NCBI GenBank assembly: GCA_028534125.1
Contig: CM052817.1
Coordinates: 25,856,001-25,920,000, forward strand
Length of the DNA: 64,000 bases
Direction of reading: 5' to 3'
Source of the DNA: Lama glama
Lineage: Eukaryota
The position numbers and the translations under genes are program-made. The notes under the pieces are model-generated. The model did no database searches, was not told the origin of the DNA, and saw only the letters and a program-made list of their open reading frames with translations. Numbering within the stretch: position 1 is the stretch's first letter; each line of letters starts with the position of its first letter. Below, piece by piece: positions 37,211 through 49,357 of the stretch.

Positions 37211-38624
37211 CTGAAAAAATTAATTGCAGTCCACAATTCAAATTCAGTACGAAAGTAGCTTCTTTAGCAGCTGTTCACTTCCAAGCAATCTCTGGAAACT
37301 GAAGCAACACTGCCCCAGTACTAATTCCAGGGTAGTCAGGCCCCCTCCCTCCTTCTCTGATCTGTGAGTATGGGAAATTTCGACCTGAGAAAATAACTAA
37401 TTGCAGTAAACGCCTTGGTCCAAAATATGTCATGGCCCTCAGAGATCATCTTGCCTACTCAGCCTCCTCAGCCAGCTGATTCCAACATACACTAGTTACT
37501 TCTCAATGCCAATGTCACAGAAGAGACTTCAAGAGGAATATGACTGTCTAACATAAGCTGTTGATAGAAGAGTAGGATCAAAGTATGGAAAATCAAATAG
37601 AGAATCAAGTAAACTGGAACTTGAGAAAAGTTTTTTTAAGGGTATCCTTGGATATCCTCTATATCCAGGGTTTCCACTTTTTTAAAAGTTGGAATGACAT
37701 GAATTTTGTATCCTGCTTTAATAATATTCTCTCGTAAGTATTTTTATATTAGATCATCTTTACAAATAATTTTAAAGGCTGCAAAATGTTCCATCAAGAG
37801 GATTTACCATAATTAATCATACTCCTACTGGTAAGCATGGAAATTTTCTCCCATTTCTTGCTATCAGAATGAATGCTTTAAGGAAGACTTTTTGCACATT
37901 AAGCTTTTCCTGTGTCTCACATTATTTCTTTGGAATAAATTCTCATAGGTATAATTATTAGGTATAAAAAAAATAAACACTTTTAAAACATAAGAGAAAG
38001 GACTCTTTAAGAGAAGAATGGGCCTTCCAGAAGTCCCTTGCCTGTCACTCAGGTCAATACTACTACATAAATGTACAGAACTCAGAATTCAGAGTTAATT
38101 ATGAAAGTTTGCAAAACTCTGTTTTGAGTAAAAGGTATCAACCTAGGTTAAGTACTTAATATAAAGTAAAAAATATAAAATATAAAGCTGCCTCTTTAGC
38201 AAGGAAGAATAAAGAAAATCAGAATAATCAATTTATTATTAGAAAAGTGACTGCTGATCTGCCCTGGCTACATTTCTTCAAGGATGAGCTACTTAGTAAC
38301 AAACTGGGAGGCCCAGAATGACCAAAAAAGAAATGGATTCTTAAGGTAAAACAGAGCAAATGAAATGTTTGACTCACATCTTAGTTATAATCAAAATCCA
38401 ACATTCCCATTTCTGTAAGTCCATTTACATAAAAACATTGAAAAATAGGACTAGATTAAGAAATAGACAATAGCAACCATATAGTATTTAAATCTATAAC
38501 AGATTGTATTTTTGCCATTAAGAGCCATAATGTTCTGACATTTCAAATAACTATAGGAGCTAAGAGCTAGTTTGTTCTCATTAACTAAACAGAGTCTGCA
38601 CTTTAAGGAGAGCCCTAAGCCTAC

Positions 38625-38742
38625 CTGTGTGGGCAGAAGACTCCAGTTCTGCTTATTCCGGATCTGCCGGTCCACTAGGTCCCCATCACATATGCTATCT
38701 GCTGCTCTGCTTAAAAGCATCAAGTGCTTTTTCATGTCACCC
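38625..38742 (-). CDS. RFC1: RFC1 exon (probable 21)
   Basis: GDMKKHLMLLSRAADSICDGDLVDRQIRNKQNWSLLPTQ; ag/gt. Confidence 0.96.
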
Positions 38743-38867
38743 CTGCGGGAATAAACCGGTCTGGGTTACACCACTGTCCACACTCCACACCCCTCCTCTC
38801 CAGGTATCTGGCCTTCACGGTACTGGGAGGGTACTAATTCTACCCCTCACTAGCTCTGAACACTCAC

Positions 38868-39022
38868 CCTGCAGCTATGGGCTTCACGTGTATGTAGTTC
38901 TCCTGGACAAAGAGGGGTGCTATTGAATAATCATGAAAAAAGAGATCTGATTTGTCCATAAGTGACATATGAGCAGTCTCCTCTCCAGCTGCAAACACTT
39001 TCCGGGCAACATCAAATGGGCC
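38868..39022 (-). CDS. RFC1: RFC1 exon (probable 20)
   Basis: GPFDVARKVFAAGEETAHMSLMDKSDLFFHDYSIAPLFVQENYIHVKPIAA(G); ttttag/gtgagt. Confidence 0.96.
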
Positions 39023-39039
39023 CTAAAAAGAGAGAGGGA

Positions 39040-39715
39040 CATACCTAGTAGATGGCCAATATCCAAAACACTGACAACAACAAGGGCTGGCTCACATGTG
39101 GAGCAACAGAAACTCTCTTTCATTGCTGGTAAGAATGCAAGATGGTACAGTCACTTTGGAAGACAGATCAACAGTTTCTTACAAAACTAAGTATCCTCTT
39201 ACCATACAATCCAGCACCTGTGCTCCTTGGTATTTACCCAAATGAACTGAAAATATCCACACAAAAAACCTGCACATGACTGGTTATAGCAGCTTTATTC
39301 AAAACTGCCAAAACTTGGGAGCAATCAAGATACCCTTTAAAAGGTGAATGAATGGATGAAGTATGGTACATCCAGACACTGGACTATTAGCACTAAAAAG
39401 AAACATTATAAAGCCATGAAAAGGGATGGAGAAAACTTAAAACGTACACGTCTAAATGAAAGAAGCCACTCTCAAAAGGCTACATACTGTATGGTTCCAA
39501 CTATATGACATTCTGAAAAAGGTGAAGCTATGGAGACAGTAAAAAGATTAGTGGTTGCCAGGGGTTGGAGGAAGGGAGGGATGAACATCAACGTACCTAT
39601 AAGTGTACCCTTTTGGTGGGGGATGTTGATAGTGGGGGGCATTATGTAAATCTAGGGACAGAGGATGAACAGGAAATCTCAATTTCGCTGTAAACCTAAA
39701 ATGGCTCTAAAAATG
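39040..39715 (+). mobile_element. L1MC-like 3' fragment
   Basis: atggccaatatccaaaacactgacaaca...tggagcaacagaaactct...catactgtatggttccaactatatgacattctg...agtggttgccagggg. Confidence 0.85.
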
Positions 39716-40209
39716 TTGATTAATTTTTAAAAGGGGGGGGGGGAAGCACTGTTTAATCATTGCCCTAACTGTAATAATAAAATCTGACTGGTGACTAGGT
39801 GAAACAGAACACAGGGATAATTGATACCGACCTCAACTCCAGTCTGAGAGAGGTCATTAAACTATAAACCATTTGAAACAAGATTATTCTGAACAGTTGC
39901 AAAACCATTCAAAACATGAAATCCATACGTAAGGGACTCTGAAAAGGCCATTTTATAACTATTAGGGCATGAGTATAATTTGAAACTTCCTTTTCTCAAA
40001 ACTTACAAATGCAATGACAGTCATTAAAGAAAAATTCATTTGAATTAGAAGCTATTTGAGCAGCTGCCTATATCTCTTACTACAAATATCCACCGGTTCT
40101 ACAGGTGTATCAAAGGACAATAATAACTGTTTCTATTAAATTAATACTGACAGGACAACAAGTTCTTTGGCTAAGAGTTCTTCAAACTAACAATGTAAAT
40201 TTGTTTTAC

Positions 40210-40308
40210 CAGTTTGATATCCTTTTTGGCTCTGTGAGAATCAGCCTTGGCCTGGTCATAGGTTAGTGCCTTACTTCGTGCACACCACATACTCAGATTG
40301 TGTAAAAC
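40210..40308 (-). CDS. RFC1: RFC1 exon (probable 19)
   Basis: VLHNLSMWCARSKALTYDQAKADSHRAKKDIKL; ag/gt. Confidence 0.96.
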
Positions 40309-40431
40309 CTAAAAGAACCACAAATACGACACTGTAAAGATGGGAAAATATTGCCACTCCTTGTCCCCAAAACACTGAAGGCATCAATTCAACAGAATCA
40401 TCAACTGTTACATAATATATATTTAATTTAC

Positions 40432-40527
40432 CTGTCTGATATCTTGATTGGCTCCCAAAATTATTTCATTCATAGCTGGAGGAGGGATCTTTAAACCCTC
40501 TTTAAATGCAATAGACATCATAGCACC
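40432..40527 (-). CDS. RFC1: RFC1 exon (probable 18)
   Basis: GAMMSIAFKEGLKIPPPAMNEIILGANQDIRQ (sensor 2 region DIR); ag/gt. Confidence 0.96.
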
Positions 40528-40676
40528 CTGAAATTTGACAAAGGGGAATGAATTGTCACTGATGTTTTTTTAATCCATATAATCAGATTTTTAAAAATCT
40601 TTATCAGATACTTTAAAAAACTGATCCAAAAATATATAGGATAGTGTGATGGAGAAAAAAATTCCAATCATCATAC

Positions 40677-40814
40677 CTTAATCTGCTCAACCCGAGGTCT
40701 TTGAAAACGAAGATCAAAACAATAATGAACCAAAGAGCGAATCTTGGGATGATTTCTATCATTGCACATACAAATAATGGGAATTTTTGTATGTTTTATT
40801 AGGGCAATTAATTC
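40677..40814 (-). CDS. RFC1: RFC1 exon (probable 17)
   Basis: ELIALIKHTKIPIICMCNDRNHPKIRSLVHYCFDLRFQRPRVEQIK (sensor 1 region); ag/gt. Confidence 0.96.
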
Positions 40815-41011
40815 CTGAAAGGAAAATTTGCAACACAAAAATAATTATCTAAAAACAACAACAAAATACCAAACAATGTATGTATCTTAGGTTTTAAAAC
40901 CTCCTCAGTGACATGCCTTAATTGCTATCAATACCACAGCGTAATAATTACTCCTTTAAATTTTTTTTTTAAACCTCAAAATCAACAGTAAAACTGCAAA
41001 AATTTCATTAC

Positions 41012-41103
41012 CTGAATTCCTCCCCTGTCCTCACTGCCTGCCATGCCATCGACCTCATCCATGAGGAGAGCGTGTTTCATGCTTACTGAGTGGACTGCTC
41101 CAG
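41012..41103 (-). CDS. RFC1: RFC1 exon (probable 16), Walker B
   Basis: (T)GAVHSVSMKHALLMDEVDGMAGSEDRGGIQ; ggtcag/gtaatg. Confidence 0.95.
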
Positions 41104-42422
41104 CTGACCCACGTTGAGAAGCAATGGGATGGGACGAAAACAAAATAACAGTTGTTCAAATACTGCCACTTTAAATATTCATGTAACATTTTAAACTGAT
41201 ACAGAATATATGTCCATGGTCCAAAATTCAAAAGGCACAAGAGTAAGCAGTGAAAAGAAATTCTCTCCCACCTCTGCCCTCTAGAGTACCCAGTTTCTCT
41301 CTCTAGATGCAAACAATGCGAACAGTCTAATGTACATATATCCCTTAAGAGACATTCTATATATATTGAAAATGTGTGCATAAAAATACACACCTTGATT
41401 TTATCATTCAATATATTTTAGCACTCTGCTCCTTATCTGTAGATATAGAACACCTCATTGTTTTAAGGCTATTTAAATATCCCATTTTACACATATATCA
41501 TAATCACTTTCCATTGATAAAATATAAAGATGCTTCCATGCTTCCAATCTTCTGCCATTATGAATAGCACTAAATGAATATCCTACATAGATACATCATT
41601 TGCATATATAAAAGTATAACAGGTGCTAAATTCCAGGAACTGGAATTTCTAGCTTAAAGGGTATGTGTAATTCAACTTTAAGAAATACTGTCAGATTGCT
41701 CTCCAGAGTTGTACTGATTTACACTCCCAGCAGCCATGTATAAGAGTGACATTTCCTGAGCAAATTCTTTTTAACAATGATTTTCTACCACTTAAAGGTA
41801 CCAAGACCCAGGTGACCATGCAACATACCATAGATTCTAAACATGCAATAGGATCTGTAATTTGGGCGCCTTATTTTCCCCATAAACTCCGGCCACACTA
41901 GCTACACCTGAAACCAAGTGGGACTTTCACACTGGGTCTTTCCTCCTCCTCTACTACCTTTGCCTTAAATAACCTCTTATATCCACAGACTACTCTCTTT
42001 CTCATTCTTCAAAGCCCTCTGAATAAATGTCACTCTTTTCCTGGTAGCTTTCTCCAGTGCCCCAAATAGAATCATTCCTTCATCTACAGGCCTCTGTCAG
42101 CTCACTCACGCACTGTATTAGTTAGTTATTCACTTTCCCACTTCACAGGATTCACCTGTGAATACTCTAAAATCACATGCAAAATGCATAAATGTCTGTG
42201 CGTACATTTTTATCACATTCTCAGAAACCACAAAGACCTGAAAAAAAAGGTAACTACTCTCCCATAAGAGTTAATTTCTTATTCTCTCATTAGCCCCAGA
42301 ATTTAGTAGGGTGCCTCGTACATAGTAACATTCAATACTGGTTACTGACCATTGAAATGAACTTGTTTTTCTTACATAAACCTCCCACCCCTCAAAAGAA
42401 AACTGTACAAAACTCCACATAC

Positions 42423-42537
42423 TTGAACAAAAGCCTCTGATGCTGGTATTATTCAGCGATTCAGCAACAATCTCCTTCAAACTGTTCTTACTCCGAGTGT
42501 CACTTGCATTCAGTTCCACGTAGCTATATCCCAATTC
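42423..42537 (-). CDS. RFC1: RFC1 exon (probable 15), RFC box IV
   Basis: ELGYSYVELNASDTRSKNSLKEIVAESLNNTSIRGFCS; ag/gtatgt. Confidence 0.96.
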
Positions 42538-43790
42538 CTAATCAAAATATTGGAAACTATTTCTATCACAATGCAGATTATTAACTCTCCCCCCAAAAAC
42601 CAAGGCAATTAAGGAAGAAAGAGGGTAGAAAAATCACAAGTGACTATGGGTAAAAAGATAAAGTAGAACCCTAACAGACAATGAGATTGTAATATGCCTC
42701 ACGATATTAAGAGATTTTTAAAACAGCATATACATACATACCACACATACACAAACACACACAGATTTGGTCTTAAAACCTCAGCTGATAAATCACTAAC
42801 CTGGAAGGGTATATATGAACAAGCAATGTTACTAAGTTAGCTTCTTAAAGTCCCAAAAAGAATTAAATATAACCATCCCAAAATTTCAGTATCAGATACA
42901 GAATTAATCTATATTAAGATACCAAAAAGTAATTAGTGACTCTTTAAGATAAATTATAAAATTAAATCATTCTTTGTCAAACTATTCCAATATATAATCT
43001 TTCTCTCAAATTGTGGAAGATCAAATAATTTGGACTCATTTCCCAAAACTGATCATTATATTGATTATAAGGTAATTCAATTCCCCAAAAAAGTAATGAT
43101 AATAATAATGGGAAAAAAAGAGTCACCTTCACAATGGTAGTGACTAGGGAAAAATTTTTGTTTTTCGTTTTTTTAAATGTTCATAAACAGAGTAGAAAAT
43201 ATACAGGGATTATACCAGCTAAAAATTAATGCTCTGATCCATGCAATAAAGAACGAAACTACCAGCTTATGGGACAGAGAGTTGGGAAATCCAGCAATAA
43301 ATTTAAAGTAAATTTAAACTCCCTCACTTTATCATTCTGATGCCATTTCATGTACTGTTTCATACCATTCTGATTTGCTCTAGTGTCTCATCCTCTCATT
43401 GTCTGGAGATACAGCAGCCGTAGGGAAAACAAGAGCAAAGGCAAGATCCCATAGCAGTGAGGAGTTGGACTATTGGGGTTCACACTGTGCCGCCACCCTC
43501 CTCTGTAAGCCCCCTTCCTTTGTCACATGAGGAAGTCCCTATATTCAGTACACAGAATTCTTCCTATGAGGGTATATTAGATAGCTGTATCTATAAGAAT
43601 CTGTAAGACATATTTATCTTACCTAGAAGATAATGCACCGAAGGGCTTACTAGCTCACTGCCTGGCACATAAGAAAATACCACCTATTATAATTACCAAT
43701 ATTTTAAAAAGGATGAAAATGACAAATATCCCCAGAACCAAAGCAAATTCTAAAGGTTTGACTTTAGAAGAATAACAACAGAACACTCAC

Positions 43791-43903
43791 CTGACAAACT
43801 AGAGAAGCTGTGGTTGTTTTGCCAACACCTGGAGGGCCTGAGAGCAATGCAGCTTTAAAACTGGAGCCATCATCTTTGCCCGCAAATTTACCAACCTTTG
43901 CTG
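43791..43903 (-). CDS. RFC1: RFC1 exon (probable 14), Walker A
   Basis: (A)AKVGKFAGKDDGSSFKAALLSGPPGVGKTTTASLVCQ; tandem CAGCAG acceptor (alternative start 43900). Confidence 0.96.
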
Positions 43904-45376
43904 CTGGGAAAAAAGAAATTCCAGAATGTTAACCTATATTATCCAACAGAAATGCAAAATGGTAGGAGTAATTGTGCATAAAGTTAGCATCAAGAACAGT
44001 CCTCCAGTTTAGTTCTAAATTTGTAGGATATTTTCTACAAAGTATAAACAACAGTTTCCAGGGCATGTAGTGAAATTCTACTCACTTCCTACCTCACCTT
44101 CACTCAAAAAACTAAAACTAACTTTAAAACTCTGATTTGAAACAATTTTATGAGTTTCCTTTCCTACAAAAGCACAGGTCACGGAGCAGACCAGCTGGGC
44201 TCTGATCCTAACTCCACCACTCACCAGCTGGGAGAACAGAAGTGACTTAACCCCTCTGCATGTGTTTCCTCCTTTGTAAAATGAGGGTAACTATAGTAAT
44301 GTGCTTGGTAGGGATGTTGTGAAGACGGACATGCTGAGCACAAAGCCTGGCACGCCTCAGTAAATATTAACTAGCACAGTCACCTACATGATCACACAAA
44401 GAATGAACTGAAGATGCTGTGTCTACAACTATCCTGCCCAGCTCAACTCTAGAGCTTTCTTTCTCCTCTTATCACATGGGGGCCCGGCACATAAAGTGTG
44501 TTCAACACATACACAGTGACTGAGGGAGAGATGGTTAAACCTACTGTGGGCGTGGGAAACTGCATTTCACCTGAAGCCTTAAGTCTTCTCCAGGCACACA
44601 AAGCACTTACACACCTTTAATTTGGTTTTTGAAAGAGAAAAGGAGTCAGCTTAAATTTAACCCTGTATCATTACAATTCTATTATGTTATAAATAAAATA
44701 AACTGTCACTGTTGGCCAATGTCTAGTGACCATCTAGACACTGTGATTAGCAACGTCAGTCCCAATAAAAAATACTTTGGACATTAAATGTATATAGTGA
44801 CTGCTCGTTTTCCATGCCTACCAAAGCAAACATGCTACTGGGATTTTTAGGCTTCCTGCTCTGCAAGCGAGCTCAGCGTTTTATTTGCACCTCTCCCCTC
44901 GAGGTCTCCTTGGCCCTCTCAGGGGTCTTGGTCTCACATGTCTCAGATCTTGGTACATGTATTCTCTCCCACTCGACATCCCCCGCCCTTCACCCAACTA
45001 ACTCCTTCTTAGTTTCCCAGTCTTAGCTTAAATATACGTTCCTCTAGGGATGGGAGCACACATCCCCATCCCTGACCGCACACCTCCACCCCATGAGCAC
45101 TACATACTTAACCCTGTAACAGCACTTAGCACAATATATTCTAATTGCTCGTTTCATCGATGTCTTCCTCACTGACTGGGAGCTCCTTGAAGGGGACTGT
45201 GCTTTGTCCATAAAAGCACTTCTGGTATCTAGTACAGCACCTGAGCTCAGAGCAGGTGCTCAATAAATGCTTGCTCAGAGTTCAAAGAATCAACTATTAT
45301 ACTTCCTAACAGATACGACACTGAGCAATTACATGGTGACAGACACACACAAAAATGAATGAAGTTGTAAAATCAC

Positions 45377-45776
45377 CGCATTTCTTATCTTCTGATGGAC
45401 TCTTGTGCCAGTTTTGGAGCCAGCGTAGGAGTTTGTTGGCACAGCTCTGGTCACCTTGCTGTCCAATTATGGTCTTGAGCGAGGTTGGCTTATATTTATC
45501 CACCCAGAGCAAATTTTCCACTTTGTTTTCACTGCTGTCATCAGCCAAATTCCTAGCCCGGCTGTCACCATTTGTCTCCTCAGCCACCTGCTCCTTGAAG
45601 TCCAGGCCTCTCCGAAACACACTTGTTTCTTTTTTTATTGACTTTATGGAGCTTTCTCTCTGGGGAGTCAGCTGGCACTTTTTAGATTCTGATTCCTTCT
45701 TAGTTGGACTAATTTTTCTTTTTCCTCGGTCATTTTTTTGGGGTGTTCTTTCCAATTTGGATTTTTCTTTCTTCAT
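45377..45776 (-). CDS. RFC1: RFC1 exon (probable 13), RFC box II
   Basis: MKKEKSKLERTPQK...LLWVDKYKPTSLKTIIGQQGDQSCANKLLRWL...EDKKC; ag/gtgatt. Confidence 0.96.
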
Positions 45777-46084
45777 CTTAAAAATTGGAAAAGTGAGGAA
45801 AAAAGAAACCTGATGAGATATACAGAATTTCTATCCTGCAACATGTACTCTAGAGGGCAATCTGAGGTATCCAAGTCAGCTACCCAACCTAGGTCTGTCT
45901 TTTCACAATGGACTCTGCTGTTTGTGGAAACCCCACCTTTCCAACTTTATAAAAATTAACAACACACCAAAAAGCACCCAAATGCAATTTTTTAAAATGA
46001 AAATATATTAGTTTTTAAAAGTATTACAAAATCAGTTTTAAAAAATGTGAATGATTAAGACTTGTTTTCTAATTAAAATTTAAT

Positions 46085-47195
46085 TCTTCCACAAAAACTT
46101 GCATACAAATATTTAAAGCAGCATTATTACATTTTATATAAACAAATAATTATATATTATAGCCAAAAAAATGGAAACAACCCAAAATGGCCATCAACTG
46201 ATGAATAAACAAAATGTGGTATATCCACACAATAGAATACTAATCACCAATAAAAAGGAGTGAAGCACTGATGTATGCTTCAAAGTAGCTGAACCTTGAA
46301 AACATAATGCTAAGTGAAGAAAGCCAGCCACAAAGGGCCACATATTACATGTTTCCTTTTGTATGACATGTCCAGAATAGGCAAATCTGTAGACAGAAAG
46401 CAGAGTCGTGTTGCCACCGAGTGGGTATGAAGAGTGACTGCTAATGGGTACAGGGTAGGGGGAGTGATGAAAATGCTCTGGAGTAGAGAGTGGTGACAGT
46501 TGCACAATCTTGTGAATATACTAAAAGCCACCAACATACACTCTAAAAGGATAAATGTTATGATGTGTGAATAATGTCCAATAAAAAAAAATTAGTGACC
46601 CTTTAGTAGTAAGTGGATGCAAATGTTTAAGGAAAAACAAGGTACCAGCATAGTGTTAGAGTATCTCTCCAAGATATTCATCAATTACAAAGAGAAAACT
46701 ATCACTTCACTCCTGGGAGGACCAAGCAGAAATCACCTTAACCAAGTAATAAAGGTTAACATCATCAATAGTAAGACATATTGGGGGAGAAAAAGACGTA
46801 TTGACATCAAACACAACTGATATGATGCACTGAGGAGGACCCAAAACGTCACTTATGTGGTCTTCTTGCCAAAAATGCATAACCTCAATCTAACTATGAG
46901 GAAACATCAACATCCCAAACTGACAGACAGTCTACAAAACAACTAACTAGTATGCATCAAATCAAGATCATAAAAAGACAAGGAACGACTTGAAGAACTA
47001 TTACAGACTGGAGAAGACTAAGACGACAACTAAATGCAGTGTGGGATCCTTGAACAGAAAAAGGACAAGGGGGGAAAATGTGAAGTTCAGATAACGTGCA
47101 GTTGTAGTTAACAGTATGGCATCAATGTTAATTTCCTGGTTGTAATAACTGTGCTATGGCTATATAAGTTGTTAGTATTAGGGGACACTGGATGA
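46085..47195 (+). mobile_element. Adjacent L1MB-like and L1ME-like 3' fragments
   Basis: aaatggaaacaaccc...gatgaataaacaaaatgtggtatatcc...gaaaacataatgctaagtgaa; then cataacctcaatctaactatgaggaaacatca. Confidence 0.8.
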
Positions 47196-47898
47196 AGGGT
47201 CAATCCAAGTCATTCCCCAAGAGTTTTCTAACTGGAATAAATGGGAAGACCACCTTGCCACCTGGGTGACCGAGCTGGGGACATTAAACTTGGGCTGCTA
47301 GCACCTGTGTCCCACACATGGGAAAGTGGGAATGAATGAAGCTAACACCAGGAGAAGGAGACAGACAGATTGAAAGGGTCATAAAAGCACTGTGGTCTGC
47401 ACATCCAGTAGCTCCTACATCAGCCTCACCCTGCCCATGGTATGGGTATGTGAGTCACATTTCTTCCCTTTTTGCTAAAGCTAAAGCTATGGGCTGGTTT
47501 CTGTCATAACTGAAAAAGCCCTAATATAGTTCTAATTGAAAATGATTTTATCATGCTGATACCATAAATGTATCCTTTAAAGAACTCTCAAGCACTAAAC
47601 TGCTGCACAATGTTACTACAAGAATATGGAGAGAATGGACATTTTCATAAGTAGCTGTGGTCAGTACAGTTCACTGTCCTCTTTCTCCCTCCTCACACTC
47701 CCTTGAGAAAGGTCAGGAAATACATCAAAAATGACAGCCTAAAGCAGAGTCCACCTACTCAGAAGGAAATAAGGGAAGTCCATCCGCAGTAGAAGGAAAA
47801 GGTAATCTTTTAGCCCACAGGCCTTTACCCACCCAAGAAATGTCTCTATGAAACAGGAATACACCAACTTAAATAGATCAAGTTCATTTTATACAAAC

Positions 47899-48003
47899 CT
47901 CAGCTTCAGCTGCTATTTCATACTTGGACTTCTTCCCTGGCATGGTTCGAATCAGATTCAATAGGCCATCTTCATCAATAATTTTTGTTCCCAAGGCGGC
48001 TGC
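47899..48003 (-). CDS. RFC1: RFC1 exon (probable 12), BRCT C-terminal part
   Basis: AAALGTKIIDEDGLLNLIRTMPGKKSKYEIAAEAE; ag/gt. Confidence 0.96.
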
Positions 48004-48399
48004 CTATTGATTAAAAATGGAAATCACTGAAACGATTACTTTCTGTAAAAAAATATATATGATTCTAGGGCTTGTCAAAAGGTGAAAAATCACATTTGTA
48101 AATTAGATAACACTGGGATCTTTCTTAAAACCATATTCATGAAAAAGTATCATTAAAAAGAAAGAAAACAGCAGATGCCTCCCCCAGGAGTGTTGGGCTG
48201 GCACCTGAGCAGCACACTGCCACTGCTGTGGACTGCTTTACCTTTCCCTCTACCCTACAAAGGGCAAAGCCACGCGGGCTCAAGTCCAGCTCTTCACACC
48301 CTCTCCCAGGGTTGATCGGCTGGCACTCTCCCCTACCTGCTGCCCTGCTGCTAACAGAACTCCAATGTGTCCATTTCCAAGGGATGTCTTATAACTGGT

Positions 48400-48820
48400 C
48401 TAAGAATCACAAAGTCCTCATCCTCCCAACCTCCCTCATAGCTCTGAATGGCCATGTGACAGGTCTGGCCAATGAGACTTCAGTGGAATTCTACATGAGG
48501 TGCCTCCAGGAAAACTCGTATAAGGTCAGTCACAACCAGTGTAACATCTTGCCACCGCTCCCTATTTCCTGTGTTGAATGTGAACTTGAGAGCTGCAGCC
48601 ACCTTGCAACACAAGGCAACATGCGTGAAGATGAAAGCTAACACTGTAAGGATAACAAAAGTGGAGGATGGAAGCAGCCTAGCTACATCTCTGAGGTACT
48701 GAACCACCCCCCAGGAACTGCTTACCTCTGGAATTCTCATAAGGCAAGGAACTAAGCAGGTATTTGTCAAAACCGCAGTTAGTTAGCTATTCTGTTCCCT
48801 GGAACTAAATGCAATCCTAC
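48400..48820 (+). mobile_element. MLT1H/J-like LTR remnant
   Basis: ggccatgtgacaggtctggccaatgaga...gctgcagccaccttg...tacctctggaattct...tattctgttccctggaactaaatgcaatccta. Confidence 0.6.
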
Positions 48821-49177
48821 CCAACAGGCCTTCCAACGAAAAAACTTACGACGGAGCCCACAGCAGCACACAGGCATACTTACGGCTAGACAAAGAGGAA
48901 AACTGCACTTGCTTCTTTCTTCAAAGAAAGATTTTAACTGGAATAACTAAGAAAGCCAAGTAAATAGGAACTGTGCCTTCAACTGGAAAACCAGAATCCT
49001 GGGGTAGAAGCCAAACAACACTTGTGTGGAGAAAAAAATAATGCAGGGAAGAAACTACTTTTTCATTTTTCCCCTTCATTTCACTCTGTGTAAAGGACAT
49101 TACTACCAATGGTCACATCAAGGGCCTGCCAAGGCAAGCAGGCTGTCTCCCTGTGCGGAGAAGACAGCAGTACCCAC

Positions 49178-49357
49178 CTTATCACTCTTGGACTGACCAC
49201 TGTCGCGACCCCTGACAAGGTAATTTGTCTTCTTGCTGACATTTCCTGTTACTTTTCCCCCGTAACGCTCAATTAGAGACTTGGCCTCGTCTCGTTCAAT
49301 GGACTCCAGCACTCCTGTGATTACAAACGTAAGGCCTTCCAAGCAATTTTCAGCTCC
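49178..49357 (-). CDS. RFC1: RFC1 exon (probable 11), BRCT domain
   Basis: GAENCLEGLTFVITGVLESIERDEAKSLIERYGGKVTGNVSKKTNYLVRGRDSGQSKSDK; ttttag/gtgggt. Confidence 0.97.

Noticed and set aside
45355..45813. 152 aa + strand ORF antisense to RFC1
   Set aside because: Shadow ORF of a purine-rich coding exon with no independent support
48228..48641. 137 aa ORF (and the 134 aa ORF at 28591-28995)
   Set aside because: Non-ATG starts, no recognisable domain, and they overlap decayed MLT1 or L1 sequence
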